The notes under the pieces were generated by a model, which saw only the letters and a program-made list of their open reading frames with translations, was not told the DNA's origin and did no database searches. From positions 96,001-160,000 of the forward strand of contig CAVVMW010000024.1 in assembly GCA_963749495.1 (NCBI GenBank): a stretch of DNA of 64,000 nucleotides. Reading direction: 5' to 3'. This document shows, piece by piece, positions 9,776 through 20,137 of this stretch; within the stretch, counting starts at the first letter, position 1; the number at the start of each line of letters is the position of its first letter. The DNA comes from an uncultured bacterium. GTDB lineage: Bacteria; Verrucomicrobiota; Verrucomicrobiia; Limisphaerales; UBA8199. The position numbers were made by a program, and so were the translations under genes.

Positions 9776-10123
9776 GACTGCCCGCAAACTCCACTATTCA
9801 TATTCCTTCACTTGCCCATTATATCCATGCAACCACACTGCATACCACGGCTATAGCATTGCCAATGCCAACCATCGTTTTCCACGGGAATGGGCGCTTT
9901 TGCGGGCATCGGGCTGCCGAGGATGCGTGGTTTTCACGCATTTTGCGTGAAGATCACGCATTGTCATCCTCACTCAGGGTTCCGGCCCCCCTACCGGAAC
10001 AAGAGCCGCCCCTCCTTGGAACGGCGGCCGAGAATCTGTTGGCGTCCTCTTTCCAGCTCATCCCCAGACTCAGGGAAAAGGGGCATCGACCCCACTTTGG
10101 AGTCAGGCCTCACCCCTATTGCC

Positions 10124-10486
10124 TCAGATGCCGCGCTCGGTGAGGATGGCGTTCTTCTCGCCCAGGACGATGACGTGGGGTTTCCAGAACCTGGCCTCGC
10201 CGAGGTCGGCCTCAGTGAAGCTCATGATGGTCAGGCGGTCGCCGGGCTTGCCCAGGTGGGCGGCGGCGCCGTTGAGGATGATCTGACCGGAGCCGCGTTC
10301 TCCAGGGATGGCATAGGTCTCAAACCGGGCGGCATTGGCCACATTGCTGCAGAGGATCCGCTCATAGGGCAGCAGGCCGACCTTATCCATGAGGTCGCGG
10401 TCGATGGTCATGCTCCCCTCGTACTCGGAGTTGGCGCCGGTGACCACCGCGCGGTGAATTTTCGATTTTAGTATGTGAACCAGCAT
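10124..10486 (-). CDS. panD: Aspartate 1-decarboxylase
   Basis: KSKIHRAVVT, YEGS pyruvoyl cleavage site, RFETYAI, LNGAAA. Confidence 0.97.
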   Translation of the reverse strand: MLVHILKSKIHRAVVTGANSEYEGSMTIDRDLMDKVGLLPYERILCSNVANAARFETYAIPGERGSGQIILNGAAAHLGKPGDRLTIMSFTEADLGEARFWKPHVIVLGEKNAILTERGI

Positions 10487-10574
10487 AATCAGGCCGGCAC
10501 GAGTGCCCCCTTACTCTAGTCCCGAGCAGGCCCGAGTGCAAAGCGGGTTGGCAGGCAGTTCGGGCTACCTGGCC

Positions 10575-10778
10575 GGGCCATTGACAAAGTCGCTCGGCGC
10601 GCTCGTGCGCCAGGGAGGGGCGCCAGCGTAGCGCAGGTTTCCAAACCTGCTGTATCGCGGGTTTCCAACCCGCAGGCCGTCCGCAAACCGGGGGCGCTCG
10701 ACATGCCGGCGCCCTGCCGATTGGAAATCGGCGATACAGCAGGTTTGGAAACCTGCGCTACGACTTTGTCAACGGCCC
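10575..10778 (-). repeat. Intact family A REPIN within GGGCCRTTGACAAAGT TIRs (empty-site homolog of the LSR target)
   Basis: Reverse complement aligns end to end with 78-216 joined to 3157-3218. Confidence 0.95.
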
Positions 10779-10782
10779 TCGC

Positions 10783-13319
10783 CTACCTGGGCGCGGCGCT
10801 GTACACCATCCAGGCCGAGTCGGGCCTGGACTTGAGGGAGAGGGGCAGGCCCTGGTCAAGCAACTCCTGGCCCCGGTACACGACCTGCCGCTGCGTATCG
10901 AGATCGGTGACCCGGTATGCTGCCTGCGGGTCCAACGCCCGGAGGACAAACCGCGCTGATTCATAAGGGCTTTGCGGGCGGCGCAGCACGACCACCATGC
11001 CGCTTCCCAGGTCCGGGCGATCCAGTTGGTAGGCCATCCAGGCGTCGCCCTCCTGCGAATAGCTGGTCAGCGGGTAGTAGTCGCCGTAATAGTACTGCCG
11101 GGCTTTGAGGTATTGCTGGAGGGTCGCTTTGGCCCAGGCGAACGGAAAGTCGTCCGGGATGCGCTCGGCCGGGGCATCGCCCGAGACCCACCAGTTGAGG
11201 CACAGCCCGCTGCACATGCTGCTGCGAAATTCGTAGTTGTCGCCCGCTCGATCCTGGCTGGTGGCGCTCAGGGGGACCCACTCGAGCAGTCCGTAGGTGT
11301 GGCACTGGTGAGCGACCGGATCGCGCGGACCATCCGTGCGCCAGAACGGCGTGGCCCGCCCCACCGTCTCGAGGTCGATGCGCCGCCCGCCGCTGGCGCA
11401 ATTGTCGATCAGCAGCCCCGGGTTACGTTCCAGCAACTCGTCCCAGAAGGCATAGAGGCCCTCGATGTGCCGGATCTCGGCCATGCCCTGCCGGTCCGGC
11501 GCGTCGGCTCTGCGCCAGAAGGGCAGCGGGTCCATGTTGAAATCCTGGCGATAGCATCCCAGCCCGAACTCGCGCACCTTGGCGCAAATGAAATCCGCCA
11601 GGAACTTTCGCGCCTCGGGATTGCCCAGGTTGAAGAGCAGGCTCTCGCCCCCTGCGTCCAGCAGCCACTGGGGATGGTCCCGGTGCCATGGCGTCCCTTT
11701 ATAAACCCGCTCCGGCTCGAACCAGAGCATCAGCTCGCGCCCAGACTGGCGCAGGGCGTCGCTCAGTGGCTTGAACCCGGCGGGGTAAAGGTCCGGCTTG
11801 ACCTGCCAATTGCCGACGTTGACGGGCCAGGCGCCCTGGCCGAACCACTCGGCGTCGATCCAATAATAGTCGATGGGCAACTCCTGGCGGACGATCTTGC
11901 GGATATTGTCCAGGTGTACCTCGGCCCGCGTGCCGCCCCAGTTGCCGCAAGTCACGGGAGCCACCAGCGGCTGGCCGGCGCGCATGGGCCGATGGTGGGC
12001 GAGCAGGAACTGGCGCAGCAGGTTCTGTCCGCGCCAGCGGTCCCCCTCGTAGAAGAGCAGGAGCATCCTCGGCGTGCGAATCGTCTCGCCCGGATAGAGC
12101 ACCAGGTGAGTCCGGTCCATGCCCACCTTCATGGACACCTCGCCGCGCGGGCCACAAGCGAACTCGGCCGCCCATTCGCCGCTCCAGCCCGCCGCCGCCA
12201 CAATGCCGCCGTTGGCCCCCTCGATATTGAAGAAGGGCAGCACCTGGCTGGAGGAACGGCCGCCACCGGGCTGGAGCCGGAGCCTGGCGCCAGGCTCAAG
12301 CGCCTGTTGCTGCGGCGCAAAGTCATCGAACGAGGCCACCGCCCCTTTGGCCCAGTGGAGCACCGCCTGGCCTGCGGTGGGCACGGGCAGCACGGCGTCC
12401 AGGGCCTGGATGGCCTCCAGCAGGGGCGTGTTGGTCTCTTGCGTGTTGGCCAGGCGCACGACCCATTCGACCGCGGGGAAATCGGTGAACTGCACCGCTT
12501 CGAGCCGGACTTCCAGCCCGCCTGCCGGGTCGTGCCAGGTGGCTTGCCGGCGCCGGCCCTGGCCTTCGACCCGTTGCTCCTGGCCCTGGCGCGGCCAGCC
12601 GCTCAACAGCCCGGCGCTGTTGGCGCCGCGGCAACGAAAGGAGAAGCCGTATGGATTGGCGTCCGCACTCCCTGCCCAGGGCAAATCCTGAAGCCGCCGG
12701 CGCGTCCCGTCCTCAGCACCACCACCGCCTCCCCCCAAAGCGCCTGGTCCCAGCCTCGCCCGTCTCCGCCGTCCTTGACCCGGATCTCGAATTCACGCGC
12801 CCCGCCCAGCGGGAGGTCCAGGGCCATCGGGCCGTCTTTGCGCCGGCGCACCGGCGAGGCGAATGCCTCCTTGCCCCCGACCAAGACGTGGAAGGTGACC
12901 GACCCCTGGCCCAGTGCCTCGCCTCGCCGCGTGTCGTCGTTGTTCTCCAGGCCGATCTCCGCGGTGAACCGTTGCGCCGGTCCGCCGGGGTGGACCAGGA
13001 TGTGCTTGGTGGAGTTGAAGGCGATGCCGTGCGAGTAGGTCTTGTCGCCCAGTTGGTAGGGCGTGCCTCGCCACGATTTGCCGCGGGTTATCCCATCGGG
13101 CACGTCTTCATACAACAGCTTGAGATACTGGCCCCCTCCTGCCGCGGCATCGGTGCTGAAAAGCCGATCTACCCACGCCCCGCACGCCATGAACTCCCCC
13201 GCCTGCGGCGTCACTGCCGGGGCACGGCAAGCCGCGCACGCTAAAACCAGCCCGAGGGCCGCAACGGCCCGAAACTCATCTCGCACTGCTCCTTTTGCAG
13301 GAATGTGTATGAAAATCAT
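10783..13319 (-). CDS. GH36-like alpha-galactosidase with N-terminal NPCBM/NEW2 domain (frameshift near 12714)
   Basis: N-terminal LGDKTYSHGI...GSVTF...DQALWGEA (NPCBM). Catalytic region WIDAEWF, LWFEPE, YRQDFN, IDNCASGGRRID. Confidence 0.88.
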
Positions 13320-13404
13320 AGTGGGCTCTCGACGGTTTTCTTCTCAGAACGGTTCTAGTCTAACCCGCTCCCAGGCCGCGAGAAAAGCCCTCTTTTCTGT
13401 ATCG

Positions 13405-14282
13405 CACCGCGTAGCGGTGCCTGAAGGCAAGCCCGTCAGGCGTCACTACGCGACGCGGGACCGTTCCCGCGCCGCAAACCGTGGACCGAGGTCCACGGCT
13501 ACCTTCAGTGCGTCGCTCCGCGACGTGCGCGCTGAGTCCGGCTCACCGCGTAGCGGTGCCCGATGGTAGCCGTGGACTTCTAGTCCACGGACCTATGGCC
13601 CAAGCTCAACCGCGTCGCGTAGCGACGCCTGAAAACCGCAACGCGGGACCGTTCCCACGCCGCAAACCGTGGACCGAGGTCCACGGCTGCCTTCATCCCC
13701 TCGCTCCGCAACGTGCGCGCTGAGTCCGGCTCACCGCGTAGCGGTGCCCGATGGTAGCCGTGGACTTCCAGTCCACGGACCTATGGCCCAAGCTCGACCG
13801 CGTCGCGTAGCGACGCCTGAAAACCGCGACGCGGGACCGTTCCCACGCCGCAAACCGTGGACCGAGGTCCACGGCTGCCTTCATCCCCTCGCTCCGCAAC
13901 GTGCGCGCTGAGTCCGGCTCACCGCGTAGCGGTGCCCGATGGTAGCCGTGGACTTCCAGTCCACGGACCTATGGCCCAAGCTCAACCGCGTCGCGTAGCG
14001 ACGCCTGAAAACCGCGACGCGGGACCGTTCCCACGCTGCAAACCGTGGACCGAGGTCCACGGCTTACCTTCAGTGCGTCGCTCCGCGACGTTCCGCGCTG
14101 AGTCCGGCTCACCGCGTAGCGGTGCCCGATGGTAGCCGTGGACTTCCAGTCCACGGACCTATGGCCCAAGCTCAACCGCGTCGCGTAGCGACGCCTGAAA
14201 ACCGCAACGCGGGACCGTTCCCGCGCCGCAAACCGTGGACCGAGGTCCACGGCTGCCTTCATCCCCTCGCTCCGCGACGCGC
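13405..14282. repeat. Tandem array of about 188-bp REP-composite units (4 full plus 1 partial; family H)
   Basis: GCTGAGTCCGGCTC recurs at 13531, 13719, 13907 and 14097. Units are near-identical and contain several palindromes. Confidence 0.95.
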
Positions 14283-14315
14283 CCGAGCGGTCTCCCCGTT
14301 CTTTCCGCAACGCCC

Positions 14316-15083
14316 TTAGGCTCGCCGCGCAAACCATTGCTTGAGTTTCTCCAGCGCGCGGGCGCGATGGCTCAACCGGTTCTTGCTCCCTTCGCCCAGT
14401 TCGCCGAAGGTCCGGTCGCAACCCGCCGGAACAAAGAGAGGATCATAGCCAAAACCTCCCTGGCCGCGCAAGGACGAGATAATCCGGCCTTCGCAGACGC
14501 CTTCGAACAGTTCCGTGAGCAACTCGAGTTCGTTTGCCTGGCAGACCGGCAACGCGGTTTGCGGTTCCTGGGGCACCACCGGCGTCAGCGCCAGGAGGCA
14601 GCGGAACCGGGCGGTCCGTCGTTCGGCAGGGACATCTTTGAGCAGGCGCAGGAGCTTCGCATTGTTTTCGGCACTCGAGCAATTGCCGAGCCGCCCGCTC
14701 TCCACCGCGGCAAACCTGGCTGAGTGTGCCCCCGGCTGGCCGCCCAGCGCGTCCACCTCCAGCCCGGAATCATCCGCCAGGACAAAGAGGAGGGAATGAG
14801 GAATGACGAATGACGAATGACGAATGACGAATGACGAGCTCGGACTGTGGACTGCGGACTGTGGACTGTGGACTGTGGACTGTGGACTGTGGACTGTGGC
14901 CAGCCACCGCGCCAGTTCGATCGCCTTCTTGGAGGCGTTGCCCGCAAACGTCGCGGCATCTTCGGTCACCGTGGGCGCCCCCGGGACATCATCGAGAGTC
15001 AGGCAGCGAAACTGCTCCCCGAGGATCGCGCGGATTTCTCCGACCTTATGGGCGTTGCGCGTGGCGATGAGCAATGTAATCAT
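14316..15083 (-). CDS. rdgB: Non-canonical purine NTP pyrophosphatase (RdgB/HAM1) with an in-frame microsatellite insertion
   Basis: ATRNAHK, ADDSGLEVDAL, SAR, GFGYDPLF, KNRLSHR. Confidence 0.93.
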   Translation of the reverse strand: MITLLIATRNAHKVGEIRAILGEQFRCLTLDDVPGAPTVTEDAATFAGNASKKAIELARWLATVHSPQSTVHSPQSAVHSPSSSFVIRHSSFVIPHSLLFVLADDSGLEVDALGGQPGAHSARFAAVESGRLGNCSSAENNAKLLRLLKDVPAERRTARFRCLLALTPVVPQEPQTALPVCQANELELLTELFEGVCEGRIISSLRGQGGFGYDPLFVPAGCDRTFGELGEGSKNRLSHRARALEKLKQWFARRA

Positions 15084-15170
15084 GCGCCGGCAAAATACCG
15101 CAGCCGGGCTGGAAAGGCGGCAGAAAAAATTTGATTTTCTCGGCCGGCGTTTTTGGGGCATTGTTTGAGC

Positions 15171-15686
15171 ATGGGAAAACGACGAGAAGCACGGGAGCGG
15201 GCCGTGCAGTTTCTGTTTCAGCACGATCTGAACCCGCCCGAGGACCTGGAGCAGGCCCTGGACGAGTTTTGGCAATCGCAGCGGGGAGCGGCCATTGCGG
15301 AGGAGAAAGGCCCCGCCACGTGGGGCCAGGCAGTGGAGTTGCCGCCGCCCACGGCCGAGGAGGCCTCGGTGCGGCTGTTTGCCGACCCGCTCATTCGCGG
15401 CGCGCTGGAGCATCGCGAGGAGGCCGACCAGTTGATCCGCAAACACGCCCAGAACTGGGAATTGCACCGCATCGCGGCGGTCAACCGCAATATCCTGCGC
15501 CTGGCCATCTACGAAATGCTCCACCGCGACGACATCCCGCCGGTCGTGAGCATCAACGAGGCGGTCGATGTGGCCAAGAAATTCTCGACCCAGGACAGCG
15601 GCAAATTCGTCAACGGCATCCTCGACAAGGTCAAAGGGGAGTTGATGCGTCCGGCCCGGGTGGTTCAAGTGAACCGAATCCCATGA
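15171..15686 (+). CDS. nusB: Transcription antitermination factor NusB
   Basis: RREARERAVQFLF, RNILRLAIYE, VSINEAV, KFVNGILD. Confidence 0.96.
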   Translation: MGKRREARERAVQFLFQHDLNPPEDLEQALDEFWQSQRGAAIAEEKGPATWGQAVELPPPTAEEASVRLFADPLIRGALEHREEADQLIRKHAQNWELHRIAAVNRNILRLAIYEMLHRDDIPPVVSINEAVDVAKKFSTQDSGKFVNGILDKVKGELMRPARVVQVNRIP

Positions 15687-15721
15687 ACTGACCTGATGCC
15701 GCCCCCAGCCCAGCGCTCGCG

Positions 15722-16585
15722 ATGTTCGCCGATCTCCACCTGCACACGCGCTTTTCCGACGGCACCTGGACGCCGGAGGGACTGGTAGCGCAAGCCCGCA
15801 GCCACGGCCTGAGCGCGCTGGCGCTGACCGACCACGACACGGTCGAGGGCTGCGGGCCGATGGCCGCGGCCTGCGCGGCGGCGGGGATCGAGTTCATCGC
15901 CGGCACCGAGTTGACCGCCCACCAGGACGGCAACGAGGTCCATATCCTGGGCTACGGCATCGAGCCGCGGGACCCGAAATTGCTGGCCGAGATTGCCAAA
16001 TTCCAGGCCGTGCGCCAGAACCGGATTCGGGAGATGGTCATGCGCCTCAACCGGCTGCAGGTGCCCCTGGCGGCCGAGGCGGTCTTTGCGCTGGCCAACT
16101 GCCGCGCCCCGGGCCGCCCGCACGTGGCGCGCGCCCTGGTCAAGGCCGGCCTGTGCTCGAACCTGGACGAGGCCTTCGAGCGGTTTCTCAAGCGAGACCG
16201 CCCTGCCTGGGTGCCAAAGTACAAGATGTCCGCGGCGGATGCCATTGCCTTGATCCACCACGCGCGCGGCGTGGCCGTGCTGGCGCACCCGGGATTGAAC
16301 CGCACCGACAACGTCATCCCGCGCATCGCCGAGGCGGGATTGGACGGCCTGGAATGCTTCCACACCAAGCACTCGGCCTCCGAGTCGAGGCATTACCTGG
16401 ACGTGGCCGCCCGCTTTGGTCTGCTGGTCACCGGCGGCTCGGATTGCCACGGCGTGAGCAAGGGCCGCCCGCTCATCGGCACCGTCAAGCTGCCTTACCT
16501 CTACGTCGAAAGGCTCAAGGCCAGGGTGCAGGAATACAAGACCGCCGTTGCCAACTGGCACCCGCCTCTCCATATTGCGCGCTGA
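15722..16585 (+). CDS. PHP domain phosphoesterase
   Basis: DLHLHT.FSDG, LTDHD, HILGY, GRPH, LAHP, TGGSDCH. Confidence 0.93.
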   Translation: MFADLHLHTRFSDGTWTPEGLVAQARSHGLSALALTDHDTVEGCGPMAAACAAAGIEFIAGTELTAHQDGNEVHILGYGIEPRDPKLLAEIAKFQAVRQNRIREMVMRLNRLQVPLAAEAVFALANCRAPGRPHVARALVKAGLCSNLDEAFERFLKRDRPAWVPKYKMSAADAIALIHHARGVAVLAHPGLNRTDNVIPRIAEAGLDGLECFHTKHSASESRHYLDVAARFGLLVTGGSDCHGVSKGRPLIGTVKLPYLYVERLKARVQEYKTAVANWHPPLHIAR

Positions 16586-16588
16586 CCC

Positions 16589-17509
16589 ATGGGTCTATTT
16601 GCCAAATTCAAGGCCGGCCTGCACAAGACGCACAACAAGCTGGCCCATGAGATCAAACGCATCGTCACCCGCTCGCCCCGGCTCGAGGCGGAGGCTCTCG
16701 AGGAACTGGAGGCCGCCCTCATCGGCGCCGACCTGGGCGCCGCCATGACCGCCCGGATCATCGAGGCCGTCAGGAAATCCTACGAGACCCAGGGCGCCGC
16801 CGGCCCGGACGTCTTCGCCATCGCCCAGGCCGAAGTCGAGGGCAGCTTTGACGCCGCCCCGCCGGAATTGGGCCGGGCGCCGCAGGGGCTGACGGTGGTC
16901 TCGATTGTCGGCGTCAACGGCACCGGCAAGACCACCACCGCCGCCAAGCTGGCGCACCGGGTGCAGGCGCGCGGAGAGCGCGCGATGCTGGCCGCGTGCG
17001 ACACCTTCCGGGCGGCGGCCATCGAGCAACTCCAGCTCTGGGGCCAGCGCCTGGGGGTCGAGGTCGTCGCCGGGGCTTACGGGGCGGACGCGGCCGCCGT
17101 GGGCCATGACGCCGTGACGGCGGCACAGGCGCGCGCGGCGCATTACCTGTTTGTGGACACCGCCGGCCGCCAGCACACCAAACACAACCTCATGCAGGAA
17201 CTGCAAAAACTCCACCGCGTCCTGGCCAGGCAACTGCCCGGCGCCCCTCATGAAGTGCTCCTGGTCCTCGATGCCTCCACCGGCATGAACGCCCTCAGCC
17301 AGGCCCGCGAGTTTAACAAGGCCGTTCCCCTCTCCGGCCTGATCGTCACAAAGCTCGACGGCACGAGCAAAGGCGGCATGGTCGTGGCCATCCATCGCGA
17401 ACTCTCGCTGCCCATCAAATTCATCGGCCTGGGCGAGCAACCCGATGACCTGCAGCCCTTCGACCCCAAGCAGTTCGCCCAAGCGCTCTTTGAGACTGAT
17501 GAGCAGTGA
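16589..17509 (+). CDS. ftsY: SRP receptor FtsY
   Basis: GVNGTGKTTT, DTFRAAA, DTAGR, TKLDGTSKGG. Confidence 0.97.
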   Translation: MGLFAKFKAGLHKTHNKLAHEIKRIVTRSPRLEAEALEELEAALIGADLGAAMTARIIEAVRKSYETQGAAGPDVFAIAQAEVEGSFDAAPPELGRAPQGLTVVSIVGVNGTGKTTTAAKLAHRVQARGERAMLAACDTFRAAAIEQLQLWGQRLGVEVVAGAYGADAAAVGHDAVTAAQARAAHYLFVDTAGRQHTKHNLMQELQKLHRVLARQLPGAPHEVLLVLDASTGMNALSQAREFNKAVPLSGLIVTKLDGTSKGGMVVAIHRELSLPIKFIGLGEQPDDLQPFDPKQFAQALFETDEQ

Positions 17510-18663
17510 ATCCCATTACCTCCGCCTGGCCCTGAGGCTGGCGCGCCGGGGTTACGGCGCCGCCTCGCCCAACCCGATGGTAGGCGCGGTGCTGGTCAGG
17601 GCGGGCAAGATCCTGGGGCGGGGCTGGCATCGGCGAGCGGGCGGGCCTCATGCGGAAATCGAGGCGCTCCAGGATGCGCAACGGCGCGGACACCGCGTCG
17701 CGGGCGCCACGCTCTACGTCACGCTGGAGCCCTGCTGCACCCAGGGCCGCACACCGCCATGCGTCCAGGCCATTATCCGGGCGCGCCTGGGCAGGGTCGT
17801 CGCCGGCGCGACCGACCCCAATCCGCGCCATTGCGGCAGGGGCTTCGGCATCTTGCGGCGGGCGGGTCTCCAAGTGGTGGAGGGTGTGCTGGCCACGGAG
17901 TGCGCGGACCTCAACGAAGCCTTCAACCATTGGATCGTCGCCGGTACGCCGTTTGTGACCGTGAAGGCCGCCATGACGCTGGACGGCAAGATCGCCACGG
18001 CGTCCGGCGAGTCCAAGTGGATTACCGGCCCGCGGGCGCGCAACCACGCCATGAAACTGCGCTGGGGCGCCGATGCCATCCTGGCCGGCATCAACACCAT
18101 CCTCGCGGACGACCCCAGCCTCACGGCCAGAACAGGCCAGGCTCGGCGCGCCGCTGCTGGCGGCCGGCCGTTGCGGCGCATCGTGCTGGATTCGATGGCG
18201 CGCACGCCGCTCGGCGCCAAGGTGGCCAGTGACGAACTGGCGGGGCTGACGACAATTGTGGTGAGCAAAGCCGCCCCCAGGAAACGCGTGGCGGCGCTCC
18301 AGGCGCAGGTCAAGGTGCTCGTCGCGCCACGGGCCAAAGCGGCGCGCGGCAAGGCCGGGCGCGGCGGCCCAGCCCCCAAGGGCCTCGACCTGGCCTGGCT
18401 TCTCAAGAGGCTCGGGGCCGAGGGAGTGACGAGCCTGCTGGTCGAGGGCGGCGGCGAAGTCAACGCCTCCTTTCTGCTCGAGGGCCTGGCCCACCGCATC
18501 GCCTTCTTTTATGCCCCGAAGATCCTGGGCGGACGCGGCTCACGCCCGGCGGTCGCCGGCCCCGGCGCCCAGGCCCTCGACCAGAACCCTGTCGCTGAGC
18601 CGCGTCCAATGGCGCAGGCTAGGCCCCGACTGGCTGCTGACGGCACGGGTGGAGGGGTCATGA
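17499..18663 (+). CDS. ribD: Riboflavin biosynthesis deaminase/reductase (frameshift near 18590)
   Basis: PNPMVGAV, HAE, LEPCC, TLDGKIA, VEGG. C-terminus WRRLGPDWLLTA lies in the shifted frame. Confidence 0.93.
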
Positions 18664-18847
18664 GGGCGCATTCCGGCACTGCCCCATTTGGCGGGGCACA
18701 GCAGTTTGTAGCGCAGCTTTCCAAACCTGCTGTATCGCCGACTTCCAGTCGGCAGGGCGCCGGAAATCGTGGCGCCTGCGGGTTAGGAAACCCGCGATAC
18801 AGCAGACCTGGAAGTCTGCGCTACGGGGGCAGTGTCAGGATGCGCCC
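18664..18847. repeat. Family A REPIN core within GGGCGCAT...CACTGCCCC TIRs
   Basis: GGGCGCATTCCGGCACTGCCCC ... GGGGCAGTGTCAGGATGCGCCC enclose GTAGCGCAG...CTGCGCTAC. Confidence 0.88.
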
Positions 18848-18910
18848 GGGTCATGACCCCAGGCCCCATTGTTCTTGCCACGCCCGGGTCCGCTTGCCAG
18901 TGTGGCGGTC

Positions 18911-19517
18911 GTGTTTACAGGAATCGTCGAGGAATCGGGCGCCGTCGAGCGGATCCAGCCGGCGGACAAATCAATCGAGTTGACAGTGCGGGCGCGGGTT
19001 TGCGGGCGGGGACTGAAGGTGGGCTCGAGCCTGGCCGTGAACGGCTGTTGCCTGACGGTGGTGAAGGTGGCGGCGCGCGGCAAAGAAAAGCTGGCCTGGT
19101 TTGATCTGCTCAAGGAGACCTGGCAACGGACCAACCTGCAATTTGCGCGGCCCGGCTCGCTGGTCAACCTGGAACGGCCCTTGCGGGCGGACGGCAACCT
19201 CGGCGGCCACTTTGTGACCGGGCACATCGACGGCACCGGCACCATAATCCGCTGGGAACGGCAGGGCCAGGACCATGTTCCTGGACATTGCCGCGCCGGG
19301 CGAGGTCATGCGTTACGTGGTCTCCAAAGGCTCCATCGCCGTGGACGGGATCAGCCTGACGGTCGCCGGGGTCCAGGACAAGGGGTTTCGCATCTGGATC
19401 ATCCCGCACACCTACGAGGTGACGGCGCTGCGCGAGCGCAAGGTGGGCGACGCCGTGAACCTCGAGGCCGACCTGATCGGCAAATACGTCGAGAAATTCG
19501 TCACTTCGAGGGCGTAA
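18911..19517 (+). CDS. ribE: Riboflavin synthase (frameshift near 19278)
   Basis: MFTGIVEE (GTG start), AVNGCCLTV, GGHFVTGHID, KGSIAVDGISLTV, IPHT, VNLEAD. Confidence 0.93.
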
Positions 19518-19752
19518 ACATAAAGCCGCTCTCTTTCTTGGCCATCGAGGCCGGCTCGATCTCCATGACCCGCCCCTGGGAGAGCTTCTGCTTCTGACCC
19601 CCGAGGTCTGTGTAGAGGTAATCGTTGCCCTTGAGCTTGGGTTTGCCGCGCGTCGTAATCTGTCCGCCGGTGTTGAGTTTTATGACGTAGTAATGCGCGC
19701 AGCCGCAGAGCAAGAGCAGGCTGAGCAATACAGGAACTACCAGTCTCTTCAT
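19501..19752 (-). CDS. YgdI/YgdR-like small lipoprotein
   Basis: Lipobox LCGC followed by YVIKLNTGGQITTRGKPKL. Confidence 0.75.
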   Translation of the reverse strand: MKRLVVPVLLSLLLLCGCAHYYVIKLNTGGQITTRGKPKLKGNDYLYTDLGGQKQKLSQGRVMEIEPASMAKKESGFMFTPSK

Positions 19753-19880
19753 AAGCATTCGTGTTGGAGTCGTGAAATCATCGCCCCACCGGGCGGCTGC
19801 CGCAGCAGCGCCGCCCGCTGGCCCGCACAATATCAGGCTGCGCGGCCGGCGGCAATCGCGAAGAAGAGGCACGGCGCCGG

Positions 19881-20099
19881 GGGCGCATCTCACCTTTGTC
19901 GAGCCCGGCCGAACCGGGCGATGGGAGTGCGCGTCCGAAGTCGCGAAGCGTTTTGGACTGCGGCAGTCCTCTGCCGCTTTTCAGACCCTGGGGACACGAA
20001 AGCGCCAGAGGACTGGCGCACTCCAAAACCTTGTGGGCTTCCCGGCGCCGCGCTCCAATTGTCCGTCTTGCCGAAGGCCGACAAAGGTGAGATGCGCCC
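19881..20099. repeat. MITE-like element with GGGCGCATCTCACCTTTGTCG TIRs carrying a different REP pair
   Basis: Perfect TIR of 21 bp or more. Internal TTTTGGACTGCGGCAGTCCTCTG / CAGAGGACTGGCGCACTCCAAAA pair. Confidence 0.88.
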
Positions 20100-20137
20100 G
20101 GGCGCCGGCTCAACCACAAATGAACACGCCTTTGGAT

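Noticed and set aside
13405..14282. CRISPR array
   Set aside because: Whole 188-bp units are near-identical, there are no unique spacers, and no cas genes are nearby.
17499..18911. FMN riboswitch upstream of rib genes
   Set aside because: ribD overlaps ftsY, and the ribD-ribE gap is filled by a REP composite with no FMN aptamer motifs.
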